DNA from: Thermoproteota archaeon
Lineage (GTDB): Archaea; Korarchaeota; Korarchaeia; B14-G2
Direction of reading: 5' to 3'
DNA: 28,995 nt
Assembly: GCA_037917675.1 (NCBI GenBank)
Contig: JAVCBW010000012.1
Coordinates: 1 to 28,995 of the forward strand
The notes under the pieces were generated by a model. It searched no databases, was not told where the DNA came from, and was given only the letters and a program-made list of their open reading frames with translations. Every line of letters starts with the position of its first letter. The stretch's first letter is position 1. A program made the translations under genes and the position numbers. Below, in pieces: positions 1 through 8,627 of the stretch.

Positions 1-69
1 AAATGGGATGCCTCCACTGACTCCAGGTGAGCTAGCTGAGAGGATAAGAGGGCTTATAGGTGGTTCAGG

Positions 70-1122
70 TTGAAGAGAGCTCTAGCTCTCGTCCTGTTAG
101 CTATAGCGTACCTGGCCTACACATTCAGGGGTGGAGGAGAGATCTCTCTGCTGGGAGCAGGCGCATCATTCCAATATCCTCTTATGTCCAGGTGGGTAAG
201 TGAGTACAGGAAGGTGAACCCAAGGGTATCAGTGAGCTACCAGAGTGTAGGGAGTGGGGCTGGGATAAGGCTCCTGACAGCTGGAAGCGTCGACTGGGGT
301 TCAAGTGACGCTCCCATGAGCAGAGAGGAGAGGCTTAAGGTCCCAGATGCCCTCCACATCCCAGTTACCCTAGGCGGTGTAGCAGTCGTATATAACCTAC
401 CTGAGCTAGGTGGGAGGCTGAAGCTTACAGGAGAGCTCCTAGCTGCAATATACCTTGGGAAGATAAGGAAGTGGAGCAGCCCAGAGATAAGGGAAGCCAA
501 TCCAGAGCTTAACCTACCAGATGAGGAGATAGTGGTGGTGAAGAGAGCTGATGGAAGCGGGACAACATACATATTCACAGACTACCTCTCTGCTGTCTCA
601 GAAGAGTGGGAGGCTAGAGTAGGGAGATGCAAGATCTTCTCATTCCCGCCTGAAATAGGAGCTCGTGGGATCGCTGCAAAGGGGAATGAAGGTGTTGCAG
701 CTGTGGTCAAGCAGAACAGGTATTCCATAGGCTACGTTGAGCTGGCATATGCCATCCAGAGCAGCCTACAGACTGCCCTAATAAGGAATAGAGATGGCTT
801 CTTTGTTGAGCCAAACCTCACAACGATATCAGCTGCTGCAGCAGGGGCAGCTAGCTTCCTACCTAGAGGTGATGAGAGCTGGGAGCATGTATCGATAGTA
901 AACGCGCCAGGTAAGCTATCCTATCCCATATCAAGCTTCTCATATGTGATAGTACGCAGAAACCAGGAGAACCCTGAGAAAGCTAGGGCTCTAGCAGAAT
1001 TCCTCAGGTGGGCTGTGACAGAAGGCCAGAGATATGCTCCACAGCTCCACTACCCACAGCTCCCAGAGGAGATTGTGGAGCTTGACCTCCAGACCATAGC
1101 AATGATATCATCAGAGAGCTGA
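70..1122 (+). CDS. pstS: Phosphate ABC transporter substrate-binding protein (PstS family)
   Basis: Has an N-terminal hydrophobic anchor (MKRALALVLLAIAYLAY). PstS-type motifs are GAGASF, QSVGSGAG and SSDAPMS, plus a conserved C-terminal YP segment. The start codon is TTG, with a TATA-like gggcttatagg about 20 nt upstream. Confidence 0.85.
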   Translation: MKRALALVLLAIAYLAYTFRGGGEISLLGAGASFQYPLMSRWVSEYRKVNPRVSVSYQSVGSGAGIRLLTAGSVDWGSSDAPMSREERLKVPDALHIPVTLGGVAVVYNLPELGGRLKLTGELLAAIYLGKIRKWSSPEIREANPELNLPDEEIVVVKRADGSGTTYIFTDYLSAVSEEWEARVGRCKIFSFPPEIGARGIAAKGNEGVAAVVKQNRYSIGYVELAYAIQSSLQTALIRNRDGFFVEPNLTTISAAAAGAASFLPRGDESWEHVSIVNAPGKLSYPISSFSYVIVRRNQENPEKARALAEFLRWAVTEGQRYAPQLHYPQLPEEIVELDLQTIAMISSES

Positions 1123-1166
1123 CTGCCAGGTGTAATCTCTTAAGCTATGTCGCCTACCAGCTATAG

Positions 1167-2393
1167 GTGAGCATGAGAGGAGTATACGTGGAGTGTAGGC
1201 TAGCTGGAGTGTCAGGCGACATGCTCCTAGCTGCCCTAGCTGACACAGGCATCAGAGAGGATCCTCTAGAAGCAGCTAGGCTGGCATGCAGGTCAGCTGG
1301 GGTCAAGGCATCAGTTAAGCTCACTGAAGTGAAGAGGAGAGGAATCAGAGCAAGCAGGCTGCTAGCTGAAGTAGAGGACAAGAGGCTCAGTATAGAGGAG
1401 ATCAGGAGAGCAGTTGAGCAGGGCTTAGCTGAAGCAGGCTGCTCAAGTAAGGCTATAGAGTACGCTATGAAGGCTATCTCTATCTTGGTGGAGGCTGAGG
1501 CCAAGGTACATGGTGTAAAGCCCAGCGAGGTGCATCTGCATGAGGTAGCCTCCCCTGATACCATAGTAGATGTAGCTGGAGTTGCTGCAGCCCTAGACCT
1601 CCTGAATGCATTCTCCTCACGCGTATACTGCAGCCCAGTAGCCCTCGGAGGAGGAGCCTTTACGTTCTCTCACGGCACCTTCCCAGCTCCAGCTCCAGCT
1701 ACCCTAGAGATCCTGAGGAGAGCAGGCCTCCCATCAGCTGGAGGCCCAGCTTACGGCGAGCTCACAACCCCCACTGGAGCAGCTCTCCTAGCAGCCCTTA
1801 AGCCTGAGCCAGCTAGCTTCCAGCCTGAGATGAGAATTGAGGCAGTTGGCTACGGAGCTGGAGCGAGAGACAGCCCTGAGGTAGCAAATGTCCTCAGGGT
1901 CGTCATCGGAGAGCTTAAGCCGATGCTCATGAGAGAAGAGGTCACTGTCATAGAGGCAAACCTAGACGACGTGACAGGGGAGCTCATGTCTCATACCATA
2001 GAGAGGCTGATGGAGCTTGGAGCAAAGGACGCTATAGCACTCTATGGGTGTGGCAAGAAGGGGAGGCCTGCTATGGTGCTTAAGGTTCTGGCTGCTCCAG
2101 GAGACGCAGAGCATATAGCCATGGCTGTCATAGAGGAGACAGGAACCTTAGGTGTGAGGATGTACGCTTGCTCTAGGAGGCTGCTGAGGAGAGAGCTTGT
2201 GGAAACTGAGGTGGAGGGCGAGAGGATAAGGGTGAAGGTCGCTAGAGACCTGTCTGGCAGGGTTCTGAGAGCTAAGCCTGAGTTCGAGGACTTGAAGAGA
2301 GCTTCAAAGTCAGCTGGCAAGCCGCTGAGGATTGTGATGGATGAAGCTGTAGCTAAGGCTGGTGAGCTTGTGCAGCAAGCTCAGGAAGGCTAG
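1167..2393 (+). CDS. larC: LarC-type nickel insertion protein (DUF111; pyridinium-3,5-bisthiocarboxylic acid mononucleotide nickel chelatase)
   Basis: The N-terminal motif GVSGDMLLAALADTG matches the LarC/DUF111 signature (G-I-S-G-D-M). It is about 400 aa in a single polypeptide. The start is GTG 1167 or ATG 1173. It lies next to larE and larB. Confidence 0.85.
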   Translation: MSMRGVYVECRLAGVSGDMLLAALADTGIREDPLEAARLACRSAGVKASVKLTEVKRRGIRASRLLAEVEDKRLSIEEIRRAVEQGLAEAGCSSKAIEYAMKAISILVEAEAKVHGVKPSEVHLHEVASPDTIVDVAGVAAALDLLNAFSSRVYCSPVALGGGAFTFSHGTFPAPAPATLEILRRAGLPSAGGPAYGELTTPTGAALLAALKPEPASFQPEMRIEAVGYGAGARDSPEVANVLRVVIGELKPMLMREEVTVIEANLDDVTGELMSHTIERLMELGAKDAIALYGCGKKGRPAMVLKVLAAPGDAEHIAMAVIEETGTLGVRMYACSRRLLRRELVETEVEGERIRVKVARDLSGRVLRAKPEFEDLKRASKSAGKPLRIVMDEAVAKAGELVQQAQEG

Positions 2394-3147
2394 AGAGATA
2401 ATCTCCTCTCTGGGGAGTGCAGCTGTAGCTCTCTCAGGTGGGGTAGACAGCTCTCTGGTCACAGCGCTAGCAGCTGAAGCCCTAGCTAGGGTTGTTGCGT
2501 TCACAGTGAGCTCTCCTCTGCTCCCCCCATGGGAGCTAGAGCATGCTAGAGCTGTAGCAGAGTACACTGGGGTAGAGCACGTGGTAGTAGACTTCAATGA
2601 GCTCAATATAGCAGGGTTCGCCGAGAACACGGAGGAGAGATGCTACATATGCAAGAAAGCCAGGTACAGCCTGCTAGCCAGGCTCGCGTCTAGGAGGGGG
2701 CTAGCAGCCATGCTGGACGGAACCAACGCGTCAGATCTCAGGGAGGAGAGGCCTGGGCTGAAGGCCATGAGAGAGCTGGGTGTCAGAGCTCCCTTAGCTG
2801 AAGCAGGCTTGACTAAGCTGGAGGTTAGGGAGGCAGCTAAGCTCCTCAAGCTTCCAGGCGCTGAGAGGCCTCAGGAAAGCTGCCTGGCTACGAGGATCCC
2901 AAGTGGAGAGAGGATAACACTGGAGAGAGTCTTCAAGGTGAGGGCAGCTGAGCAAGCTGTCAGGAGGATCCTAGGAGAGGTGCTCATCCGAGTGAGAGAC
3001 CATGGTGAGATAGCTAGGATAGAGGTTGCTAGAAGCTATCTGCCTAAGGCAGCAGAGCTCCTCCCAGATGCTGTGGGAGAGCTCAGGAGGCTAGGCTACA
3101 GGTACATAACGCTAGACATAGAAGGCTATAGGGGCTCTAGCAGCTAG
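2362..3147 (+). CDS. larE: LarE-type ATP-dependent sacrificial sulfur transferase (PP-loop ATP pyrophosphatase)
   Basis: Has the PP-loop SGGVDSS, a conserved Cys in the CLATRIP context, and a length of about 260 aa. It overlaps the larC 3' end by 32 nt. The start is GTG (or TTG at 2368). Confidence 0.85.
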   Translation: MSLCSKLRKAREIISSLGSAAVALSGGVDSSLVTALAAEALARVVAFTVSSPLLPPWELEHARAVAEYTGVEHVVVDFNELNIAGFAENTEERCYICKKARYSLLARLASRRGLAAMLDGTNASDLREERPGLKAMRELGVRAPLAEAGLTKLEVREAAKLLKLPGAERPQESCLATRIPSGERITLERVFKVRAAEQAVRRILGEVLIRVRDHGEIARIEVARSYLPKAAELLPDAVGELRRLGYRYITLDIEGYRGSSS

Positions 3148-3162
3148 CCTCTGCTCCAGTGG

Positions 3163-3510
3163 CTAGGAGGACGCTGAAAAAGCCTCCCTGACAGCCTTGT
3201 CCACAGAGCTCTGATCTATCCTCTTGAATGCCTCTATGCTGAGTGTGCTATACTTCCACTTTACAGCTCCATCCTGCACCTCATAGTCAACTCTAACCCT
3301 GACTACATCTCCTCTCTCTAGTTGAAGCTTGTTGACCAGTATCTCAAAGAGCATCTTGTTGAGCTCTCCAGCTGCCTTAGCCAGCTCCTTGCTGTCTAGC
3401 TTACCAGACTTCACTAGGCTGCTCTGCTGAGCAAACAGGGTCTTTCTGAGCTTGTCAGCGTAGGCGCCGACTATTATGTACCCCGTGCTGAGCGTAGGCA
3501 TCTCCATCAC
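3163..3510 (-). CDS. Small conserved-looking hypothetical protein (coiled N-terminal half, beta-rich C-terminal half)
   Basis: A 115-aa ORF with host-like codon usage. It is transcribed divergently from larB, and the shared spacer contains gcttaaaacc. I am not certain of any domain. Confidence 0.6.
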   Translation of the reverse strand: MMEMPTLSTGYIIVGAYADKLRKTLFAQQSSLVKSGKLDSKELAKAAGELNKMLFEILVNKLQLERGDVVRVRVDYEVQDGAVKWKYSTLSIEAFKRIDQSSVDKAVREAFSASS

Positions 3511-3563
3511 CGTCCTCAGAGTACACCAGCCTGCTTAAAACCTTAACCTACCTCTAGCAGCCT

Positions 3564-4328
3564 ATGAGGCATATACTTGAGAAGCTAGCTAGAGGAGAGC
3601 TTACAGTAGATGAAGCAGAGAAGATGATCAGAGCTCTCCTACTAGAGGAGGTCAGCGGCCTAGCTCTACTAGACGTCGGCAGAGAGGTCAGGAGGGGGGT
3701 TCCTGAGATAGTCTTAGCAGAGGGGAAGCCTCCTGAAGCCACAGCTAGGATAGCGAGGGCTATACTAGACAGGTGTGGGAGGGTCATAGTCAGCAGAGCA
3801 AGCAGAGAGCACATGGAGGCAGTCAAGAAGGAGATCAAAGACGCCGAGCTAGAGGTGCATGAGCTTGCGAGGATAATAGTTGCTAGGAGAGCCCCCAGAG
3901 AGAAGACAGGCGGGAAGGTAGGTGTGATAACAGCTGGGACATCTGACATACCTATAGCTGAGGAAGCTAAGGTCATAGCTGAGGAGCTAGGCTGTGAAGT
4001 CTATACAGCATATGACGTAGGCGTAGCAGGGGTGCACAGGGCATTCAAGGCTCTGAGAGAGATGATTAGGAGAGACGTAGACGTCATCATAGTAGCTGCA
4101 GGAATGGAGGGAGCTCTACCATCAGTGGTAGCAAGCATGATCGACATACCAGTCATAGGTCTACCAACCTCAGTAGGCTATGGGATGGGAGGTAGAGGAG
4201 AGGCAGCTCTCAAATCCATGCTACAATCCTGCTCTCTCGGTGTAGCAGTAGTCAACATAGATGCTGGCGTAGCAGCTGGAGTCATAGCAGCAATGATAGC
4301 GAACAGAGCAGCCAAGTTCAGGGGATAG
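3564..4328 (+). CDS. larB: LarB-type pyridinium-3,5-biscarboxylic acid mononucleotide synthase (PurE-like NaAD carboxylase/hydrolase)
   Basis: Has a PurE-like core (GKVGVITAGTSDIPIAEEA, VGVAGVHR, IVAAGMEGALPSVVA, GLPTSVGYG) preceded by the LarB-specific N-terminal extension of about 110 aa. Confidence 0.9.
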   Translation: MRHILEKLARGELTVDEAEKMIRALLLEEVSGLALLDVGREVRRGVPEIVLAEGKPPEATARIARAILDRCGRVIVSRASREHMEAVKKEIKDAELEVHELARIIVARRAPREKTGGKVGVITAGTSDIPIAEEAKVIAEELGCEVYTAYDVGVAGVHRAFKALREMIRRDVDVIIVAAGMEGALPSVVASMIDIPVIGLPTSVGYGMGGRGEAALKSMLQSCSLGVAVVNIDAGVAAGVIAAMIANRAAKFRG

Positions 4329-4403
4329 CAGCTTCAGCCTACTGCATACATGGGGGAAGCAGCTTAGCAGCCTGAAGCCACTGCTACATGCAGCATGCAA
4401 CAG

Positions 4404-5162
4404 CTATGTAGCTCTCCTCCCACGCTTCCTCTCAGCGAATGCCTTGACTGCTGCCCTATACTCTCTTGTCTGAGATAAGGCTATGAGCTCATCCACCGTA
4501 TTGGGGAGGCTCATCTGCTGCAGCAGAGCTGCTGAAACCTTCTTCACAGCCCTAATGCTAGCTGAGGAGACTGAAGCCACCTCCATAGCCAGGTTTCTAG
4601 CCTCCTCCATGAGCCTATCACCTGGGACAACCCTGTTTACAAGGCCTAGCCTGTAGGCTTCCTCTGCTGTAAGCTCTCTCCCAGTCAGCATCAGCTCCAT
4701 AGCTATCTTCCTTGGCACTAGAACTGGTAGCAGAGCTGCTGCTATAGGAGGGTATGCTCCAATCCTGCACTCTGGCAGCGCGAACCTAGCTTCCCTGCTG
4801 GCTACAGCTAGGTCACATAGGAGCATGAGCTCGAATCCTCCTCCATAGGCCAGCCCATTTACTGCAGCTATGATAGGCTTGTCTAAGGTCAGTAGCCTCT
4901 CTATGACGCTCCTAACCTCCCTAAATATCCTGATGTTCTCCTCTACACTCTCTGCCTCAGCCATCATATAGATGTCATCTCCAGCTGAGAAGGCTCTACC
5001 AGCTCCAGTCAAAACAACAGCCTTAGCTCTGCTAGCCCACGCCTCATCCATGGCAGCCTTCAGCTCACGCCATGCATCAAGGTTCAATGCATTAAGCTTC
5101 TCAGGCCTATTCAGCACAGCCCAGAACACTTCTCCATCAAGCCTACACCTAACAAGCCTCAT
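4404..5162 (-). CDS. Enoyl-CoA hydratase/isomerase (crotonase superfamily)
   Basis: Motifs are LNRPEKLNAL, GAGRAFSAGDDI and AVNGLAYGGGFELMLLCDL (oxyanion-hole segments). The length is 252 aa. Confidence 0.9.
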   Translation of the reverse strand: MRLVRCRLDGEVFWAVLNRPEKLNALNLDAWRELKAAMDEAWASRAKAVVLTGAGRAFSAGDDIYMMAEAESVEENIRIFREVRSVIERLLTLDKPIIAAVNGLAYGGGFELMLLCDLAVASREARFALPECRIGAYPPIAAALLPVLVPRKIAMELMLTGRELTAEEAYRLGLVNRVVPGDRLMEEARNLAMEVASVSSASIRAVKKVSAALLQQMSLPNTVDELIALSQTREYRAAVKAFAERKRGRRAT

Positions 5163-5366
5163 AGGCTCCTTCTGCCACCTCCGCTATTAACCATATGTGT
5201 TGGTTGATAGTCGAACTCCAGTAATAGAGGTAGAGCATCTACCTACAGCTGTGAAAAATACATAGGCACCGTGTAGCAGCCCTCTCTCAGAGTGTAGGCG
5301 GCGTTGCTACCGGAGAAAAAGCATGCCTATGTCAATGCTTAAAAGCACTGTGTTAGGTGGTAGCTC

Positions 5367-6092
5367 ATGTATGCTATCGAGGTCATGGAGGTTACCAAGT
5401 ACTATGGTGGATTTAAGGCTCTTGATGGTGTCTCTTTCAAGGTGAGGGAGGGCGTTGTCTTCGGCCTCCTAGGCCCAAATGGAGCTGGCAAGACTACTCT
5501 CCTGAGGATACTAGCCACCCTGCTGAAGCCTTCAGCTGGGACAGCTAGGGTAGCTGGCTATGACGTCCTGGAGCAGCCTATGGAGGTTAGGAGGAGAATA
5601 GGCTACCTACCAGAGGATACAGGTATATATCCTAGGATGACTCCTGTCGAGTTCCTCCTGTACTATGCTAGGCTCTATGGGATGAGCTATGATGAAGCTG
5701 CTGGCAGGATAGACTACTACCTCAACTTATTCGATCTAGCTGACAAGAGAGATGTGATAGCTGACAAGCTCTCAAGAGGGATGAGGAGGAAGCTAGCTAT
5801 AATAAGAGCTCTCCTATTTGACCCCCCTGTCTTGATCATGGATGAGCCTACTACAGGCCTTGATGTAGTGAGTGCTAGGGAGGTTAGAGAGCTCATCAGA
5901 GAGAAGGCTATAAGAGGTAAAACTGTCATCTTATCAACTCACAACATGTATGAGGCAGAGGAGCTGTGTAGGGAGCTAGCCTTGATCCATAAAGGTAGGA
6001 TCATTGAGGTAGGTGAGATGAGGGATGTCCTAGAGAAGAGGGGTGAGGAGAGGCTTGAGGACATATTCATGCAGCTAGGTGGTGAGAGGTGA
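5367..6092 (+). CDS. ABC transporter ATP-binding protein (ABC-2/NatA-like exporter subfamily)
   Basis: Has Walker A GPNGAGKTT, signature LSRGMRRKL, Walker B VLIMDEPTTGLD and an H-loop STHN. TATA-like gcttaaaagc lies about 25 nt upstream of the ATG. Confidence 0.92.
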   Translation: MYAIEVMEVTKYYGGFKALDGVSFKVREGVVFGLLGPNGAGKTTLLRILATLLKPSAGTARVAGYDVLEQPMEVRRRIGYLPEDTGIYPRMTPVEFLLYYARLYGMSYDEAAGRIDYYLNLFDLADKRDVIADKLSRGMRRKLAIIRALLFDPPVLIMDEPTTGLDVVSAREVRELIREKAIRGKTVILSTHNMYEAEELCRELALIHKGRIIEVGEMRDVLEKRGEERLEDIFMQLGGER

Positions 6093-7324
6093 CAGTCTTA
6101 GCCAGGCCCTTTAAGACCCTGAAGTCTATCATCCTCATAGTTGCTTGGAGGGAGGTTCTGGATGCACTTAGAGACAGGCGTACCATAGCGATGACTATAG
6201 TGCTCCCAGTAGTCCTCTACCCTGTGCTCATGACTCTCCCAATGTACTTCGTATCTCCTAAGAGGAATCCTCCGAAGATAGCTGCAGTCTACTGGGATAG
6301 CGTGGCTGAGGCTATCGTTGAGATGCTGAACTCCACTGGATTAGCTCTAGTCTACGAGGCTTCACCCATGGAGAACATAACAGCTCTAGTTGTCTCATCT
6401 AAAGTAGACTTAGCTCTGGAGTTCGAGAAGGACTTCGGGAGGAAGATCAGGGCTGGGAGGCAAGCCATGCTCAAGGTGATATGGGATCCAACTAGCATGA
6501 GAGGAAGCAGCGGGCTCTCGATAGTGAGGAGTACTGTAGACTCGTATTCGAAGCAGGTTGCTGCAGTCAGGCTGAGGGAGCAGGGAGTCTCAGAGGACAT
6601 ACTAAACCCTGTTGCAGTGGTCTTAGAGTCGGTCAAGGCTGTGCCTCCTCAGGTAGCTATGCTGGCGATGATAATACCCATGATGGTTGGGCTCACAGCT
6701 TTCCTGGGTGGCGCAAGCTATGCCATAGACACCACTGCAGGTGAGAAGGAGAGGAAGACTCTAGAGATGCTCCTCACAGCTCCAGCGCCGAGGATAAAGC
6801 TGATATTAGGGAAGTTCCTTGGCGTGTGGGCTCTGTCACTGCTTGCTGCAGTCAGCACGATAGCAGGCTTAGCCATAGCATCAGAGATGCAGCTGAAGTT
6901 CTTTGCTGAGATGGCTGCTGCAGAAGGCACGCCAGCTGTGCAGTCTGCCCTCAGAATAGGAGTGAAGGAGACAGCTACGATAGGCTTCGGAGTCATATTA
7001 GGGAGCATGATAGGTAGCTCTATGATGATGATGTTAGGCCTATATGCTAGGACATATAGAGAGGGAACTCAGTACCTTGGGTTCCTCAATCTCGCTATAG
7101 TAGCGCCGGTGATAATAGTCCCATATCTCAGCCCATCTACCATGAGGAAGCTGGCTCCAGCTCCCCTGATAGGGATAATAGTTGCTGTGAGAGACGCCGT
7201 CCTCAGGGAGCTTACGTTGAGGACTACAGGCATCGCCTTAGCTTCAAATCTCCTGTTCCTAGCAGCCATGATACTAGCTATGGTCAAGATGTTCAGAAGC
7301 GAGCATGTGCTCTACAGGGTCTAG
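6089..7324 (+). CDS. ABC-2 family transporter permease (NatB-like)
   Basis: Its start overlaps the ATPase stop by 4 nt (GTGA). It has an N-terminal TM segment, a large extracytoplasmic loop and about 5 C-terminal TM segments, which is the ABC-2 permease topology. Confidence 0.8.
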   Translation: MTVLARPFKTLKSIILIVAWREVLDALRDRRTIAMTIVLPVVLYPVLMTLPMYFVSPKRNPPKIAAVYWDSVAEAIVEMLNSTGLALVYEASPMENITALVVSSKVDLALEFEKDFGRKIRAGRQAMLKVIWDPTSMRGSSGLSIVRSTVDSYSKQVAAVRLREQGVSEDILNPVAVVLESVKAVPPQVAMLAMIIPMMVGLTAFLGGASYAIDTTAGEKERKTLEMLLTAPAPRIKLILGKFLGVWALSLLAAVSTIAGLAIASEMQLKFFAEMAAAEGTPAVQSALRIGVKETATIGFGVILGSMIGSSMMMMLGLYARTYREGTQYLGFLNLAIVAPVIIVPYLSPSTMRKLAPAPLIGIIVAVRDAVLRELTLRTTGIALASNLLFLAAMILAMVKMFRSEHVLYRV

Positions 7325-7379
7325 CTGCCTTGGCAGGCAAGCTTTTAAGCCTATGGAGTAGAGCTCTATGGTGTGAGGG

Positions 7380-7628
7380 TTGAAGGTCTTCATATTCATT
7401 AGAGTGAAGCCTGGAAGCGAGGAATCTGTCATAGAGGAGATAAAGGAGAAGGTAGGAAGCTACATACTTGAGGTCGGTGGAGAGAAGGTCGTCCACGAGA
7501 TAACAGGCGTATATGACGTCATAGTCTATATGGAGGTCGACAGCCTAGATACCCTGAGGGTCATCATAGATTCTATCAGAGGGATAGGAGGTGTGATAGA
7601 TACGCATACTGCTATAGTAGTCAAGTAG
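7380..7628 (+). CDS. Stand-alone Lrp/AsnC-type ligand-binding (RAM) domain protein
   Basis: An 82-aa protein with a beta-alpha-beta-beta-alpha-beta pattern (VFIFIRVKPG...VHEITGVYDVIVYMEV...IRGIGGVIDTHT) typical of the AsnC C-terminal domain. It has no HTH. TATA-like gcttttaagc lies upstream. Confidence 0.75.
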   Translation: MKVFIFIRVKPGSEESVIEEIKEKVGSYILEVGGEKVVHEITGVYDVIVYMEVDSLDTLRVIIDSIRGIGGVIDTHTAIVVK

Positions 7629-7676
7629 CTTCAGGTGGAGCGCTAGCGTTTTAAGGAGAGCTGAAGATGTAAGCTG

Positions 7677-8627
7677 ATGCCTCTAGTAGACCCCCATGGG
7701 AGGCCTGTGACAAGTCTCAGGGTCTCAGTGACTCAGAGGTGCAACCTCAAGTGCATATACTGTCACAGAGAGGGGGAGCTAAGCCCTCAAGGAGAGATGG
7801 AGCTTGAGGAGATCACTAGGCTTGTGAGGATTGCATCTGAGCTTGGCATGAGTAAAGTGAAGCTGACTGGCGGAGAGCCTCTGCTGAGGAGAGACATAGT
7901 TGAGCTTGTAGCTGCTATCAGCTCCCTACCTAATGTGAGCGAGGTGTCGATGGTTTCTAACGGTGTCCTCCTGGCTAAGCTGGCAGCTGAGCTAGCTGAA
8001 GCAGGGCTGAGGAGGGTCAATGTCAGCTTAGACACGCTTGATGGAGGGAAGTACCAGCAGATAACTGGGGGAGGAGACGTCAGGAGGGTGGTTCAGGGCA
8101 TAGAGGCAGCTGTTGAGGCTGGCTTGAGGCCGGTTAAGGTGAACATGGTGCTTCTCAAAGGGGTGAATACAGGTGAGATCTGGAGCATGCTTGAGCTCAC
8201 CAAGAGCCTTGGTGCCATCCTGCAGCTCATAGAGCTCGTTTCCAGCTCTCCAAGCTCAGATCCACTCTACAAGCAGTACCACTGGGATCTAGCTGGCATA
8301 GAGGAGGAGCTAAAGAGGAGAGCTAGAGCTATTGTGGTGAGGAGCATGCATAGCAGGAGGAAGTATCTGCTCGAGGATGGTGGTGAGGTTGAGGTTGTGA
8401 AGCCTATGCACAACAGCCTGTTCTGCATGTGCTGCAGCAGGCTCAGGATCACGTCAGATGGGAAGCTTAAGCCATGCCTTATGAGAAACGACAACCTCAT
8501 AGATGCCCTCTCCCTCATGAGAGCTGGTGCAAGCGACAAAGAGCTTGCAAAAACCTTCATAAAGGCTGTCTCACTCAGGGAACCATACTTCAAGGAGGTG
8601 GGGAGATGCCTGAAGTCAGTATGGTAG
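7677..8627 (+). CDS. moaA: GTP 3',8-cyclase (molybdenum cofactor biosynthesis protein A, radical SAM)
   Basis: Has LRVSVTQRCNLKCIYCH (the CxxxCxxC radical SAM cluster), KLTGGEPLLR, and the C-terminal auxiliary-cluster cysteines CMCCSRLRITSDGKLKPCL. Confidence 0.92.
   Translation: MPLVDPHGRPVTSLRVSVTQRCNLKCIYCHREGELSPQGEMELEEITRLVRIASELGMSKVKLTGGEPLLRRDIVELVAAISSLPNVSEVSMVSNGVLLAKLAAELAEAGLRRVNVSLDTLDGGKYQQITGGGDVRRVVQGIEAAVEAGLRPVKVNMVLLKGVNTGEIWSMLELTKSLGAILQLIELVSSSPSSDPLYKQYHWDLAGIEEELKRRARAIVVRSMHSRRKYLLEDGGEVEVVKPMHNSLFCMCCSRLRITSDGKLKPCLMRNDNLIDALSLMRAGASDKELAKTFIKAVSLREPYFKEVGRCLKSVW

Noticed and set aside
1154-1564. Long antisense or alternative-frame ORFs rich in S, L and A. Examples are 237-578, 1154-1564, 2042-2630, 3554-3976, 6352-7287, 8267-8809, 9465-9974, 10527-10814, 14010-14790, 18118-18828, 19459-20376, 21215-21490, 23280-23504 and 27607-27984.
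   Set aside because: Each lies entirely inside a gene with clear family motifs on the other strand or in another frame. Their products are low-complexity (Ser/Leu/Ala/Thr) with no motifs. They are the expected by-product of the GCT/AGC/CTA-rich codon bias.
4383-4412. An inverted repeat, gctacat-N16-atgtagc, between the convergent larB and crotonase genes, considered as a terminator.
   Set aside because: It has only a 7-bp stem with a 16-nt loop, overlaps the crotonase stop codon, and has no adjacent T-tract. Archaeal termination relies mainly on oligo-T, so this is too weak to call.
5163-5366. A tRNA or C/D sRNA in the 204-nt spacer.
   Set aside because: It has no T-loop (GTTCRANYC) or D-loop consensus, and no UGAUGA/CUGA box pairs on either strand.
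8474-8605. A 44-codon N-terminal extension of moaC, as tracked from ATG 8474.
   Set aside because: The extension is an out-of-frame read through the moaA 3' end and has no MoaC similarity. ATG 8606 has a GGAGGTG SD site, and the conserved MoaC N-terminus begins there.
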